This document shows positions 30,109 through 39,146 of a stretch of DNA of 64,000 nt, in pieces. Origin of the DNA: Marispirochaeta sp. (GTDB lineage Bacteria; Spirochaetota; Spirochaetia; JC444; Marispirochaetaceae); assembly GCA_963676835.2 (NCBI GenBank), contig CAXXFF010000002.1, positions 1,760,001 to 1,824,000 of the forward strand, written 5' to 3'. The notes beneath the pieces were generated by a model. It worked only from the letters and a program-made list of their open reading frames with translations, was not told the DNA's origin and ran no database searches. The translations under genes and the position numbers were made by a program. How positions within the stretch are numbered: position 1 is the stretch's first letter; every line of letters begins with the position of its first letter.

Positions 30109-30264
30109 GTTGCGGTACGCTGTGGAACCGCGTGTTGGCAATGCCTGCCCCGCTCGTTCCGTCCGCGTTCCTCACTTCGTTGCGGTACGCTGTGGAACCG
30201 CGTGTTGGCTACGCCTGCCCCGCTTATTCCGTCCGCGTTCCTCACTTCGTTGCGGTACGCGGAC
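30109..30264. repeat. 70-bp tandem repeat (about 2.2 copies) with internal palindrome
   Basis: 30109-30178 and 30179-30248 differ at 4 positions; partial third copy; GTCCGCGT/ACGCGGAC stem at 30231-30264. Confidence 0.9.
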
Positions 30265-30267
30265 AAA

Positions 30268-33078
30268 CTAAAACAGGTCCGGGAGGCCCCGGATTTCGGC
30301 GGCCATGCGGCGTTCCAGGAGAATTGTGTCTCCCAGGGCGCTGCGGGCTGTTCGATCAACTACCATGACATCTACAGAATCCTCGCTTGTGCCGGCTCGT
30401 GCAGCCTGGTCCCGGACCTTTGCAATCAGCTCTTGTTCCAGGGTCAGTTCAGCGGCGGTAAGGTCGGGAAAGATTGTCTCCGTTTCTCCGTTAATGCGGA
30501 AACCGTTTTCCACGGGAATGATGGATCCGGAAACAGCAGCATGCACAGATGAGGTAATTGCTCCGATGGCGTTGGCCACATCCGCGTTTTCCGGTATCAG
30601 CGCTTCCATGCCGAAACAGGGTTTAATTCCTCCTAAAAGATAGGGCGCTGCAGCACCCAGTCCCACGATAGGAGCCGCAGGACTTACCTGAACTGCCGCT
30701 TTTGCGGTGCCCCCTCCCACCAGCAGTGCCGTGGCGGGATCGTCCAGGGGTATATCCATCAGTTTTGATACTACCCCGGAGGAGATAAGCTCCTCTGCTT
30801 TCTGCCACACTCCTTTGCTGTATTCGCTTTCCGGCATGCCAGCGGCGCTGGCGTGAATATTCAGGCCCAGTGCGGCGGTTTCGGGGTTCCCCAGTTTAAG
30901 CCGCTTTTCCGTATGCAGCAGGTCTGTGGGAGTCAGTCCGATACGCTCCAGACAGCGGACGGAAAAGAGGCGGTTGAGCTTCAGAAAGCGCCAGTGTCCA
31001 AGGCCCGCTGCCTCAGCCACATCAAGCATGGTCATGGGTCCCGCAGCAAGGCTATCCAGAACTTTCTGTTCCACCCTGTCCGGGGCAAAGGGCAGTTTTT
31101 TCCCGGTACTTCTTAAGATAAGACCCGCATCGGTATCCCCGCTGAGATCGTCGATTCTGTTGGATACTGTTTTGAGCACATAACTTTCTTCTTCAGAGAG
31201 CCTGCAGAGGGGTGTTATACGCTCAGGTCCCACCGAGAGGACTCCCGCCCGGTATCTGATAATACTGTCACCGCCTATTCCCAGGGTGACCATATCCACC
31301 GCCTGCACATGGGTTCTGTGGCTGCCGATTACCGCCCCGTTGGGGTCAGGCTCCACTCTGCCGTTATGGATACAGCCGATGTCCGAGGTGGTTCCTCCCA
31401 CGTCTATAATGGTTGCCTCCGGCAGTCCGGTAAGATATCCCGCTCCGGCGACACTTGCAGCAGGCCCTGAGAGGGCAGTCTCTATGGGGTGTTCCATGGC
31501 GAAGGAGGAGTTCATCAGGAATCCGTCTCCCCGGACAAAGAGTACCGGCGCATTAATGCCCAGTTCCTTGAGACATGCCTCGGCTGCATGAAAAAATGTT
31601 TCCAGATGGGGAATAATTCCGGCGTTGAGGACGGCTGTAGCAGCCCGGATGGTAAAATCAAGCTGACCGGAGAGCTCGTGACCGGCACAGACCATCAGCC
31701 CGGTTTCCCGGCGCAGCAGAGCGGCAATCTGTTTTTCATGCACCGGATTTACCGAGCCGCCATAGCCGGAAACCGCAAAAGCCTGAACTCCGTGGGTCCG
31801 GATCATTTCCGCCGCAGCGGCGAGAATCTCCTCGGTGTCGGGTTCTTCTATTACCTCACCGCTGATATTGATCCGTCCCCTGATGATTTTCCGCGGGCTG
31901 TGATTGATCTCTCTGGGTGTACTTCCTGCCAGGGGCATCAGCAGAAGGCCGACTTCCTGACGGTTGTTCTCCACTATGGCATTGGTGGCCAGGGTGGTGG
32001 ATACCGAAACAATTTCTGTTTTTGCTATATTTTCCGGCGGGATCTGTTCCAGCGCAGCCCTGATTCCCTCGGTGTAGTTCCAGGGGGTGGTGAGGGCTTT
32101 TGCCTTGTACTGAACCCGGTTTTCCTGGAAATCGAAGAGTACAGCGTCGGTGTAGGTTCCTCCGGCGTCTATGCCGAGGCCGTATCTGCGCTTTGCATGG
32201 GGCTTTCCGCCTTTTCCCGGAACTGCATATTCCCTGGGGATTTCAGAGTAGGCTCTGCTGCTGCTCTCCGGGGGGGCGGCCTTCATTTTTCTGGCTGCCG
32301 GGTCGTAGTAGCTGATCTGCCCCGGGGGAATTATCAGAATCTCATCGTCGCTTTCCCCGGCGGTCAGAGCTTTCTCCAGCAGCCGGTTTGAACCCTTGAT
32401 CGTCTCAGTCCGCCAGCCGAACTCCTGGCCGATTGCATCCACATGGCTGCTGTATTTATTGCGGTCCCCCGAACCGGTGTCTATAAAAACCGCCCGCTGG
32501 TAGTTTTTTTTCCATGAGTGGGTAACCTGGAGAATGGCTTCGGTGTTTTCTTCTCCATAACGTTTTACCAGCTCTTCCCGGGGGGTGTCGGAGATATCCA
32601 GACGGATAGTGCTGTGCGTTTCATTTCTGTTTTCCCCTGATTCGCGGTTCTTTCCGTTCTCTGCCCTTTCACCTTTTTTAGCTTTATCAGCTTTATCAGC
32701 TTTCGTTCCTCTGGGCTGAACCTGTTCCTCGTACCAGCCGGCGGAGATGTAATAGGTTCCCGGTGTTTTGCGGAACTCCCTGGCGTATGCGCCGTCGGAA
32801 CCGAGAAAGAGGGAGATGCAGTCGTGTACCCTGGGGATAACAAGGGAGGCCTTTCCGGCTTTGAGGCCGGCGGTTCCGCTGCCGCAGAGTCCGTAAAGGA
32901 GAATAATCCGATCAGCCTCTGTTTCAGCATTAATGGCTTCCTGCAGGGTTCCCCGAAGGAGGTTCGGTTCGCTGTGCAGGCCTCCTTCAAGATAAGTAAC
33001 CTTAAGATACGGAAAGTCGGGAAGAAGGGTTTCCAGGTCGGTTCTGAACACGCCGCAGGCAATAACAGAGATTTTCAT
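30268..33078 (-). CDS. DUF1638-like domain fused to hydantoinase/oxoprolinase A-type domain
   Basis: N-term IACGV, GLH, LYGLCG, HDCISLFLGS; then GIDAGGTYTD, STTLATNA, SGPAAS, DVGGTTSD, GIGGDS. Confidence 0.8.
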   Translation of the reverse strand: MKISVIACGVFRTDLETLLPDFPYLKVTYLEGGLHSEPNLLRGTLQEAINAETEADRIILLYGLCGSGTAGLKAGKASLVIPRVHDCISLFLGSDGAYAREFRKTPGTYYISAGWYEEQVQPRGTKADKADKAKKGERAENGKNRESGENRNETHSTIRLDISDTPREELVKRYGEENTEAILQVTHSWKKNYQRAVFIDTGSGDRNKYSSHVDAIGQEFGWRTETIKGSNRLLEKALTAGESDDEILIIPPGQISYYDPAARKMKAAPPESSSRAYSEIPREYAVPGKGGKPHAKRRYGLGIDAGGTYTDAVLFDFQENRVQYKAKALTTPWNYTEGIRAALEQIPPENIAKTEIVSVSTTLATNAIVENNRQEVGLLLMPLAGSTPREINHSPRKIIRGRINISGEVIEEPDTEEILAAAAEMIRTHGVQAFAVSGYGGSVNPVHEKQIAALLRRETGLMVCAGHELSGQLDFTIRAATAVLNAGIIPHLETFFHAAEACLKELGINAPVLFVRGDGFLMNSSFAMEHPIETALSGPAASVAGAGYLTGLPEATIIDVGGTTSDIGCIHNGRVEPDPNGAVIGSHRTHVQAVDMVTLGIGGDSIIRYRAGVLSVGPERITPLCRLSEEESYVLKTVSNRIDDLSGDTDAGLILRSTGKKLPFAPDRVEQKVLDSLAAGPMTMLDVAEAAGLGHWRFLKLNRLFSVRCLERIGLTPTDLLHTEKRLKLGNPETAALGLNIHASAAGMPESEYSKGVWQKAEELISSGVVSKLMDIPLDDPATALLVGGGTAKAAVQVSPAAPIVGLGAAAPYLLGGIKPCFGMEALIPENADVANAIGAITSSVHAAVSGSIIPVENGFRINGETETIFPDLTAAELTLEQELIAKVRDQAARAGTSEDSVDVMVVDRTARSALGDTILLERRMAAEIRGLPDLF

Positions 33079-33147
33079 GATTACGATTGTACTCTGCTAT
33101 ATGCTATACGGCTGTGATAAATACGGGGAAAATTGTTATTTTTCCGG

Positions 33148-34272
33148 CTATTTTTCCAGCAGGTTTTCCGGATTCAGTCCATCAAAGGCAGGGTCGGTAA
33201 AAATACCGTCTTTGCGGATTACTCGGCCGTCGAGTTCAATACTTCCGCCGCCGTATTCGGGCCGCTGAATACAGACAAGATCCCAGTGCAGAGCGCTGCG
33301 GTTGCCGTTGTCGGCCTCGGTATAGGCATTTCCCGGAGTAAAATGGAAGGATCCTGCAATCTTTTCATCAAAGAGGGTTTCGTCCATGGGTTCCAGTATC
33401 AGGGGGTTGCATCCCAGGGCGAATTCACCTATGTATCTGGCTCCCTGGTCCATGTCGAAGATGGCATTGATTTTTTCCGTATTATCCGCCGTGGCTTCAA
33501 CTATCTTCCCCTTTGAAAAGGTAAGTTTTATCTCCTTGAAGGTATGGCCGAACTGGGTTGATGGAGCATTGTAGCAGATTGTTCCTTCTACACTGTCTCT
33601 AACCGGGGCGGTATATATTTCCCCGTCGGGGATATTCCTCTCTCCAAAACAGGGAACAACGGGAATATCCTGAATGGAGAAGCTCAGGTCTGTTCCGGGA
33701 CCGCTGATATGAACCTCCCGGGCCTGTTCCAGAGCTTTCTTCGCCGGCTCCATGGCGTTCTGCATCTTTGCGTAATCCACACCGCTGGTAACGGAAAAGT
33801 AGAACTTTTCAAAAGCCCTGGTTGAGAGCCCGGACATGGCTGCCATTCCCGGAGTAGGGTAGCGCAGTACAACCCATTTGGTATCCGGTACCCGAATCTG
33901 CATATGTACCGGCTGGGCAAGATAGGTGCTGTAGAGGCGGTTGAGTTCATCGTCTACATCGGCGGTTTCTTTGGGGTTCTCGTAGCCCCGGATCCCGATA
34001 AAGGCATCCATCATCTTCATGCGGAAGGCTTCAGCTTCGGCAGCTGCTTCAAGACTCTCTCTGGTAGCGCCGCTTAATATCGCCCGGTGAATCTTTTCGG
34101 TACGGCTGTCCACCACGGGAAATCCCCCTGCTTTGTAAACAGCTTCTATCAGGGCTTCGAGCATTTCCTCCGGGATGTCATGACTTTGTATCAGACATTT
34201 TTCCCCCGGCTGAAGATTGAGCGAGTGGTGTACAAGCAGATCTGCCAGTTTTTCCTGCTGGGGATGGATCAT
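33148..34272 (-). CDS. M29-family aminopeptidase (AmpS/AmpT-like)
   Basis: NIPDGEIYTAP, GEFALG, FDEKIAGSFH, SALHWD; AAGGAG RBS before MIHPQ. Confidence 0.88.
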   Translation of the reverse strand: MIHPQQEKLADLLVHHSLNLQPGEKCLIQSHDIPEEMLEALIEAVYKAGGFPVVDSRTEKIHRAILSGATRESLEAAAEAEAFRMKMMDAFIGIRGYENPKETADVDDELNRLYSTYLAQPVHMQIRVPDTKWVVLRYPTPGMAAMSGLSTRAFEKFYFSVTSGVDYAKMQNAMEPAKKALEQAREVHISGPGTDLSFSIQDIPVVPCFGERNIPDGEIYTAPVRDSVEGTICYNAPSTQFGHTFKEIKLTFSKGKIVEATADNTEKINAIFDMDQGARYIGEFALGCNPLILEPMDETLFDEKIAGSFHFTPGNAYTEADNGNRSALHWDLVCIQRPEYGGGSIELDGRVIRKDGIFTDPAFDGLNPENLLEK

Positions 34273-34378
34273 TTTCGGCTCCTTGAAAAGATTCTCCTTC
34301 AACTATACTAAAAAAATAACCCCCCCGGGTAGTTATTTTCAGTTTTGCGTTCTCTGTATACATTAGTATTTTAGTCAT

Positions 34379-34642
34379 ATGAAAACAGATCTTGAACAGA
34401 CCAATGCAAAAGAAGCACGCCTTACTCTCGATGGTGCCCAGTGCACCTCGTGTGTCTATACCATCGAACACGCCGGCCGCAAGGTTCAGGGGGTGGGTGA
34501 TGTCGCCGTGGATATCAGCAAAGGGGAAATATCTGTCCGCTACGGCGGTAATGCGGGCTCCCTGGAACGGATCAAAGAGATTGTCCACCGCCTGGGTTAT
34601 TCCGCAGAGATTCAGTGGGATTCGGTAAAAGATACGGTATAA
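34379..34642 (+). CDS. Heavy-metal-associated (CopZ-like) domain protein
   Basis: GAQCTSC CxxC motif and C-terminal LGY. Confidence 0.8.
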   Translation: MKTDLEQTNAKEARLTLDGAQCTSCVYTIEHAGRKVQGVGDVAVDISKGEISVRYGGNAGSLERIKEIVHRLGYSAEIQWDSVKDTV

Positions 34643-34651
34643 GATTTACCC

Positions 34652-34683
34652 TTCACACTTTTTTCATTCTTCCAGTGTATACT
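34652..34683 (+). promoter_or_regulatory. OmpR-type direct repeat and extended -10 upstream of the response regulator
   Basis: TTCACA(34652)/TTCATT(34663) on an 11-bp pitch; TATACT at 34678. Confidence 0.45.
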
Positions 34684-34713
34684 TTATAACGGCAGAATCA
34701 TGAGGAGGTTGAT

Positions 34714-35430
34714 GTGGCCGGCGGTGTACGTATTCTGGTGGCGGAGGATGAACAAAGACTCAACGGGATGATTAGGGATTACCTCGAATCCCTGGGCTAT
34801 GACGTAGTACAGGCCTTTGATGGAGTGGAAGCTATGAAGCTTTTTCACCGGGAGAAGCCTGATATGGCCCTTGTTGATGTGATGATGCCTCTTATGGACG
34901 GGATTGATGTTACCCGTAGAATCCGCGAAATATCCACTATCCCCCTCATTATTCTTACGGCAAAGGCAGAAGAGCAGGATAAGCTGCTGGGACTGGATAC
35001 CGGAGCCGACGACTACATGACCAAGCCCTTCAGTATGAAGGAGCTTGCAGCCCGCATCCGTGCCCAGCTGCGCAGGGTTCAGATGTCTGATCATGCTGAC
35101 GGGTCCGAAGAGAATTCAAACCTCGAATACGGCGGTATCCGTCTCGATTCCTCCTCCCGCAGGGTTGAGGTGGACGGCCGCAGGGTAAATCTTACCTCTC
35201 TGCAGTTTGATCTTTTAAAGGGAATGATGCTCTCCCCCGGCAGAGTCTTTACCCGTATGGATCTCCTTAATCTTGTTCAGAACGACCCCTATGACGGGTA
35301 TGAACGTACCGTTGATGTTCACATAAAAAATCTCCGCAAGCTTATAGAAGCTGATCCAAAGCAGCCCGGATACATTCAGACTGTCTGGGGGGTTGGTTAT
35401 AAACTTGAAACAGAGGACGGTGAAGGGTGA
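34714..35430 (+). CDS. OmpR-family response regulator
   Basis: VAEDE, DVMMP, GADDYMTKPF, RTVDVHIKNLR, TVWGVGY. Confidence 0.93.
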   Translation: MAGGVRILVAEDEQRLNGMIRDYLESLGYDVVQAFDGVEAMKLFHREKPDMALVDVMMPLMDGIDVTRRIREISTIPLIILTAKAEEQDKLLGLDTGADDYMTKPFSMKELAARIRAQLRRVQMSDHADGSEENSNLEYGGIRLDSSSRRVEVDGRRVNLTSLQFDLLKGMMLSPGRVFTRMDLLNLVQNDPYDGYERTVDVHIKNLRKLIEADPKQPGYIQTVWGVGYKLETEDGEG

Positions 35431-36869
35431 AACAGCGACTTTTTATCACCTTCATCGGGGCCTTTACCCTGATAATCTTTCTGGGAGCAGCGGTGAATAT
35501 TGCTTTTGTGGCTGTTTCCTCACGCCGGGCCTATACCCGGATGGTTCGGACAGAAGACCGGATGCAGGCTGAACGTACTGCTCAGCTGGCGGAAGAGTAC
35601 TGTGAGGAGTACGGCACCCTCGATGGACTGGACGAGTTTTTTGCCGTTCCGCCGGTGTTCAGCCGCACCAGAAGCAGCAGGCATATGGGAGACCGCATGA
35701 TGGACAGGCCTCCGGAGTCGGGACCGTTTATCCCTCCTGTCCTGATTATTGCTTCAGACGGAACAACCGTTGCCGATCCCGGACATGTTCTCGAAGGCCG
35801 GATGGCCGATGAAATTGATCTCTCCGCCGGGGTTCCGGTGAATCTCGATGGTAAAACCCTCGGCTGGGTTTTCTCCGGAAGTATGCTCGGACCCGCGCTT
35901 GAGGCTCAGGATCATGAGTTTTTAGGCCTGGTCTGGCATTCTGCGCTTATCTCCTCCCTTCTCTCGGGAATTGTTGCCATAGTTCTCGGAGGTATCCTTT
36001 TTCGAAGTATTGCCCGGCCTGTTGAAGCCCTGGCATCTGCCTCCCGGTCAATCGCCGGTGGAGATCTTACTGCCAGGGTAGGAATAAAACGCACGGATGA
36101 ACTTGGAGAACTTATAACCCAGTTCAACGGAATGGCCCGGTCCCTTGAGAGCTCCGAGGAGTGGAAGCGGAGGATTATCAGCGATTCCGCCCATGAACTG
36201 CGGACTCCTGTAGCCCTCATTCAGGGTGAACTTGAGATGATTCTTGAAGGAGTGTATACCGCCGACAGGGACCGGATTGAAAGTCTCTACAGGGAAACAG
36301 AACTGCTGGCCCGCCTTATCGGCGAACTGGGTGAGCTTGCCGCCGCGGAAGGGGGCCGGATGGAGCTTCAGGTGGAGGAATGCTCCCTGGACCTGCTGGT
36401 GCAGGAGGCAGCCGGACTCTACCATGGTGAGGCTTCAAAAAAAGGGGTAGCCATCGTTCACGACCAGTGCAGCGGCGTTATCCATGGTGATTCCCAGAAA
36501 CTTATTCAGGTAATCAGAAACATCACCGGAAACGCCCTTAAGGCGGTATCTGAAGCTGAAGGGGAAGGGGAAGGGGGCCGTATCGATATTTACACCCTTC
36601 CGGAAGATGGTGGAAGGGGATTACGTCTCTGTATCGATGATTCAGGCCCGGGCATACCGGAGGAGCTTCGGGAGAAGGTTTTTCAACGCTTTTTCAGAAT
36701 CGATTCATCCCGTTCCAGGCAGTCCGGCGGGGTCGGGCTGGGGCTTGCGATATCCAGACAGATTATTCAGCTTCATGGCGGTTCCCTTTCTGTAGACCGG
36801 GGCCGGAACGGCGGAGCCCGGTTTATCATTGAGTTTCCTCCCCAAAAAAGCGGCCGGCCCTTGACTTGA
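35427..36869 (+). CDS. HAMP-domain sensor histidine kinase (BaeS-like)
   Basis: Two TM helices, HAMP, AHELRTP, DSGPGI, GVGLGLAI. Confidence 0.92.
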   Translation: MKQRLFITFIGAFTLIIFLGAAVNIAFVAVSSRRAYTRMVRTEDRMQAERTAQLAEEYCEEYGTLDGLDEFFAVPPVFSRTRSSRHMGDRMMDRPPESGPFIPPVLIIASDGTTVADPGHVLEGRMADEIDLSAGVPVNLDGKTLGWVFSGSMLGPALEAQDHEFLGLVWHSALISSLLSGIVAIVLGGILFRSIARPVEALASASRSIAGGDLTARVGIKRTDELGELITQFNGMARSLESSEEWKRRIISDSAHELRTPVALIQGELEMILEGVYTADRDRIESLYRETELLARLIGELGELAAAEGGRMELQVEECSLDLLVQEAAGLYHGEASKKGVAIVHDQCSGVIHGDSQKLIQVIRNITGNALKAVSEAEGEGEGGRIDIYTLPEDGGRGLRLCIDDSGPGIPEELREKVFQRFFRIDSSRSRQSGGVGLGLAISRQIIQLHGGSLSVDRGRNGGARFIIEFPPQKSGRPLT

Positions 36870-36897
36870 GGGTTTTTCTCGGGAATATTTCAAGCGT

Positions 36898-37293
36898 ATG
36901 TTCAGAACCTCGCTGAAACCCGGTGACTGGCTTCTTCTCGTTTTCTCCGCAGGGCTTGTTCTGTTTCTTGTTTTCCGCAGTTTCGGCGGGGCCGGGTCCG
37001 CTGCGCTGGTACGTATAGAAGGCAGCGAATCCAGCTATGTTTACCCTCTGGATGCCGAAGTCGAACTGGATGTTCCGGGGCCTCTCGGTTTAACCCATGT
37101 GCATATCCACGAAAATCAGGTATGGATCAGTGACTCCCCCTGTACAGAAAAAATCTGTATTGCCGCCGGGGAAATTCACCGCCGGGGTGATTTCGTCGCC
37201 TGTCTGCCCAACCGGGTGCTGGTACAGATTGAGGGGGGGATTGCAGAATCCGGTACTGAAGATGATGGAGACATAGATGTTCTTGCATTCTGA
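36898..37293 (+). CDS. NusG domain II-containing membrane-anchored protein
   Basis: N-terminal TM, GPLG, SPCTEKICI..G, ACLPNRV. Confidence 0.8.
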   Translation: MFRTSLKPGDWLLLVFSAGLVLFLVFRSFGGAGSAALVRIEGSESSYVYPLDAEVELDVPGPLGLTHVHIHENQVWISDSPCTEKICIAAGEIHRRGDFVACLPNRVLVQIEGGIAESGTEDDGDIDVLAF

Positions 37294-37819
37294 TCTGCAC
37301 AGAAAACGGATTGATCTTGTGGCTTTTTTAGGAGCCCTCTGTCTTTTCCTCTCCACCGTTGAGTATCTCTTTCCCAAGCCTGTTCCCTTTATGCGTCTGG
37401 GGCTGGCAAATCTTCCTATTTTAATCTCCTTGAGAATACTTCCCTTTCCCTATCTTATGCTGCTGACTCTGGTAAAGGTTCTGGGCCAGGGGCTGATAAA
37501 CGGTACTCTTGCCTCCTATGTCTTTTTATTCAGCCTGACCGGGTCCTATACCAGTTCTCTGGTAATGTACGCAGTTTCCCGGCTGCCCGGACGCTTTATC
37601 TCGGAAGTGGGTATAAGCCTTGCCGGGGCCCTTACCAGCAATACCGTTCAGGTTCTGCTCTCGATCCTGTTCATATTCGGGAAGAACTCCGGTGTTATTA
37701 CGCCTCTATTCCTTGGTATGGGGACTGGCAGCGGGCTTTTAATCGGGCTCATTGCTTCCGGGTTTGTCCGTCGTTCCCGCTGGCATCAGGAAATACGGAG
37801 GCAGTATGCGGAGAATTGA
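37277..37819 (+). CDS. Gx transporter family protein (often annotated heptaprenyl diphosphate synthase component I)
   Basis: E..FPKPVPFMRLGLAN, GISLAGA..SN..Q; multiple TM helices. Confidence 0.8.
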   Translation: MFLHSDLHRKRIDLVAFLGALCLFLSTVEYLFPKPVPFMRLGLANLPILISLRILPFPYLMLLTLVKVLGQGLINGTLASYVFLFSLTGSYTSSLVMYAVSRLPGRFISEVGISLAGALTSNTVQVLLSILFIFGKNSGVITPLFLGMGTGSGLLIGLIASGFVRRSRWHQEIRRQYAEN

Positions 37820-38435
37820 CCGCTTTGCGGGGATTATTTCTCCCGGACACCGTTTTACCTGGGGAATCCTTATGCTGCTCTGTTTTCTTTTTTCCAGTGG
37901 ACTTATTCCCAGGCTGGTTATGACCCTCTTCTTTGCTCTGCTTGCAATACTTGCGGGCAAAAGGATCCGCTTTGGATATTTTGTTTTTATGATATTCTCC
38001 ATAACCGTATTTAATCTGCTGACTCCCTGGGGGCCGGTTCTCTTTTCCGTGGGACGGCTGGCGGTTACCGGCGGTGCACTGGAGGCGGGGGTTACCAAGG
38101 GGCTTACCATCTGCGGTCTTGTTTTTGTTTCTCTCTTCTCCGTCTCTTCGAAGCTTATACTTCCCGGCAGGCTGGGACGGCTTTTAGGCAGAAGTTTCTA
38201 TTACTTTGAACGTCTCTACAGTATGAAAAAAAAGGTCAGAAGGGCTTCCTTTTTTGCTGATATTGATGAAATACTGCTCTCGCTTTTTCCTTCAACCCGC
38301 ACTGAAGTATCTCAGAGGGAAACAGAAGGAGAAGAGGCAGCCAAAACAGAGGTTTCCCAGGTTCAGACCGCCCTGAAAGGGTGGCTGGCGGCAGGAAGTT
38401 CTCTGGCTGCATGTGCGCTATTAATGCTGATATAG
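37806..38435 (+). CDS. Membrane protein, truncated EcfT-like
   Basis: Several TM helices, FNLLTPWG.VLF..G...VT.GAL..G pattern; GGAGG RBS. Confidence 0.55.
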   Translation: MRRIDRFAGIISPGHRFTWGILMLLCFLFSSGLIPRLVMTLFFALLAILAGKRIRFGYFVFMIFSITVFNLLTPWGPVLFSVGRLAVTGGALEAGVTKGLTICGLVFVSLFSVSSKLILPGRLGRLLGRSFYYFERLYSMKKKVRRASFFADIDEILLSLFPSTRTEVSQRETEGEEAAKTEVSQVQTALKGWLAAGSSLAACALLMLI

Positions 38436-38456
38436 AAGGATCCGGGAAGGTTCTCA

Positions 38457-39125
38457 ATGGCTAAAAAGACAATGGATGTAATAGAAGAGTTCAGAGAGTT
38501 TCTGGTGACCTATTTGCGGGGGAAGACCACCGCAGAGAAGCGAAGTCTCCCCTGGAAAGAGACCTGGCAGTTTGTCGTGGCCCACTCCAACCGGGTGGAG
38601 GCCTATGCTGTGGAACTGATCGAAGCTGCAGGCACCCTTTCTGAAGAAGAGGCTCTGCTTGTAAGGGCAGCCGCGCTGATGCATGATATCGGCTCTCTGG
38701 ATGACCGGAGAAATCACCCCAAAACAGGTGCCAGAATAGCCACGGATTTCTGTCATAACAAACCGCATATTCTGGAGGTGATAAACCCCAAAGTGCTTGC
38801 TTCCATGATAATCGGGCACCGCAAGAAAGACGGAAAAGAGAAAAAGCTGCCCCTGGCAATATTGAAGGATGCGGATATTCTCGATGAGCTTGGTGCCATG
38901 TCGGTCCTGGTTGCATCCTACGAAGTAGATCCCTCAATGCCCAACTATTATGCCCGGGTACTGAAACAGATTGAAAAAAATGAGTTCGGCTTTTTTCGCA
39001 AGCAGGAAGCTCGCTTGTCGACTCCGGCGGCGAAAAAAATCCTGCGCCGGAAGTTTGCATTCATCAAGGATTTCGCCATGAATCTCAGGGATGAGCTTAA
39101 GGGCACCGATGAGCTGAAGCTCTAA
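38457..39125 (+). CDS. HD-domain phosphohydrolase
   Basis: HSNRV, AALMHDIG, H, DADILD. Confidence 0.82.
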   Translation: MAKKTMDVIEEFREFLVTYLRGKTTAEKRSLPWKETWQFVVAHSNRVEAYAVELIEAAGTLSEEEALLVRAAALMHDIGSLDDRRNHPKTGARIATDFCHNKPHILEVINPKVLASMIIGHRKKDGKEKKLPLAILKDADILDELGAMSVLVASYEVDPSMPNYYARVLKQIEKNEFGFFRKQEARLSTPAAKKILRRKFAFIKDFAMNLRDELKGTDELKL

Positions 39126-39146
39126 CCACCGGCGTAATTTGTTGTC

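Noticed and set aside
30109..30264. Possible CRISPR array
   Set aside because: Whole 70-bp units are near-identical with no unique spacers; only about 2 copies; no cas genes in the window
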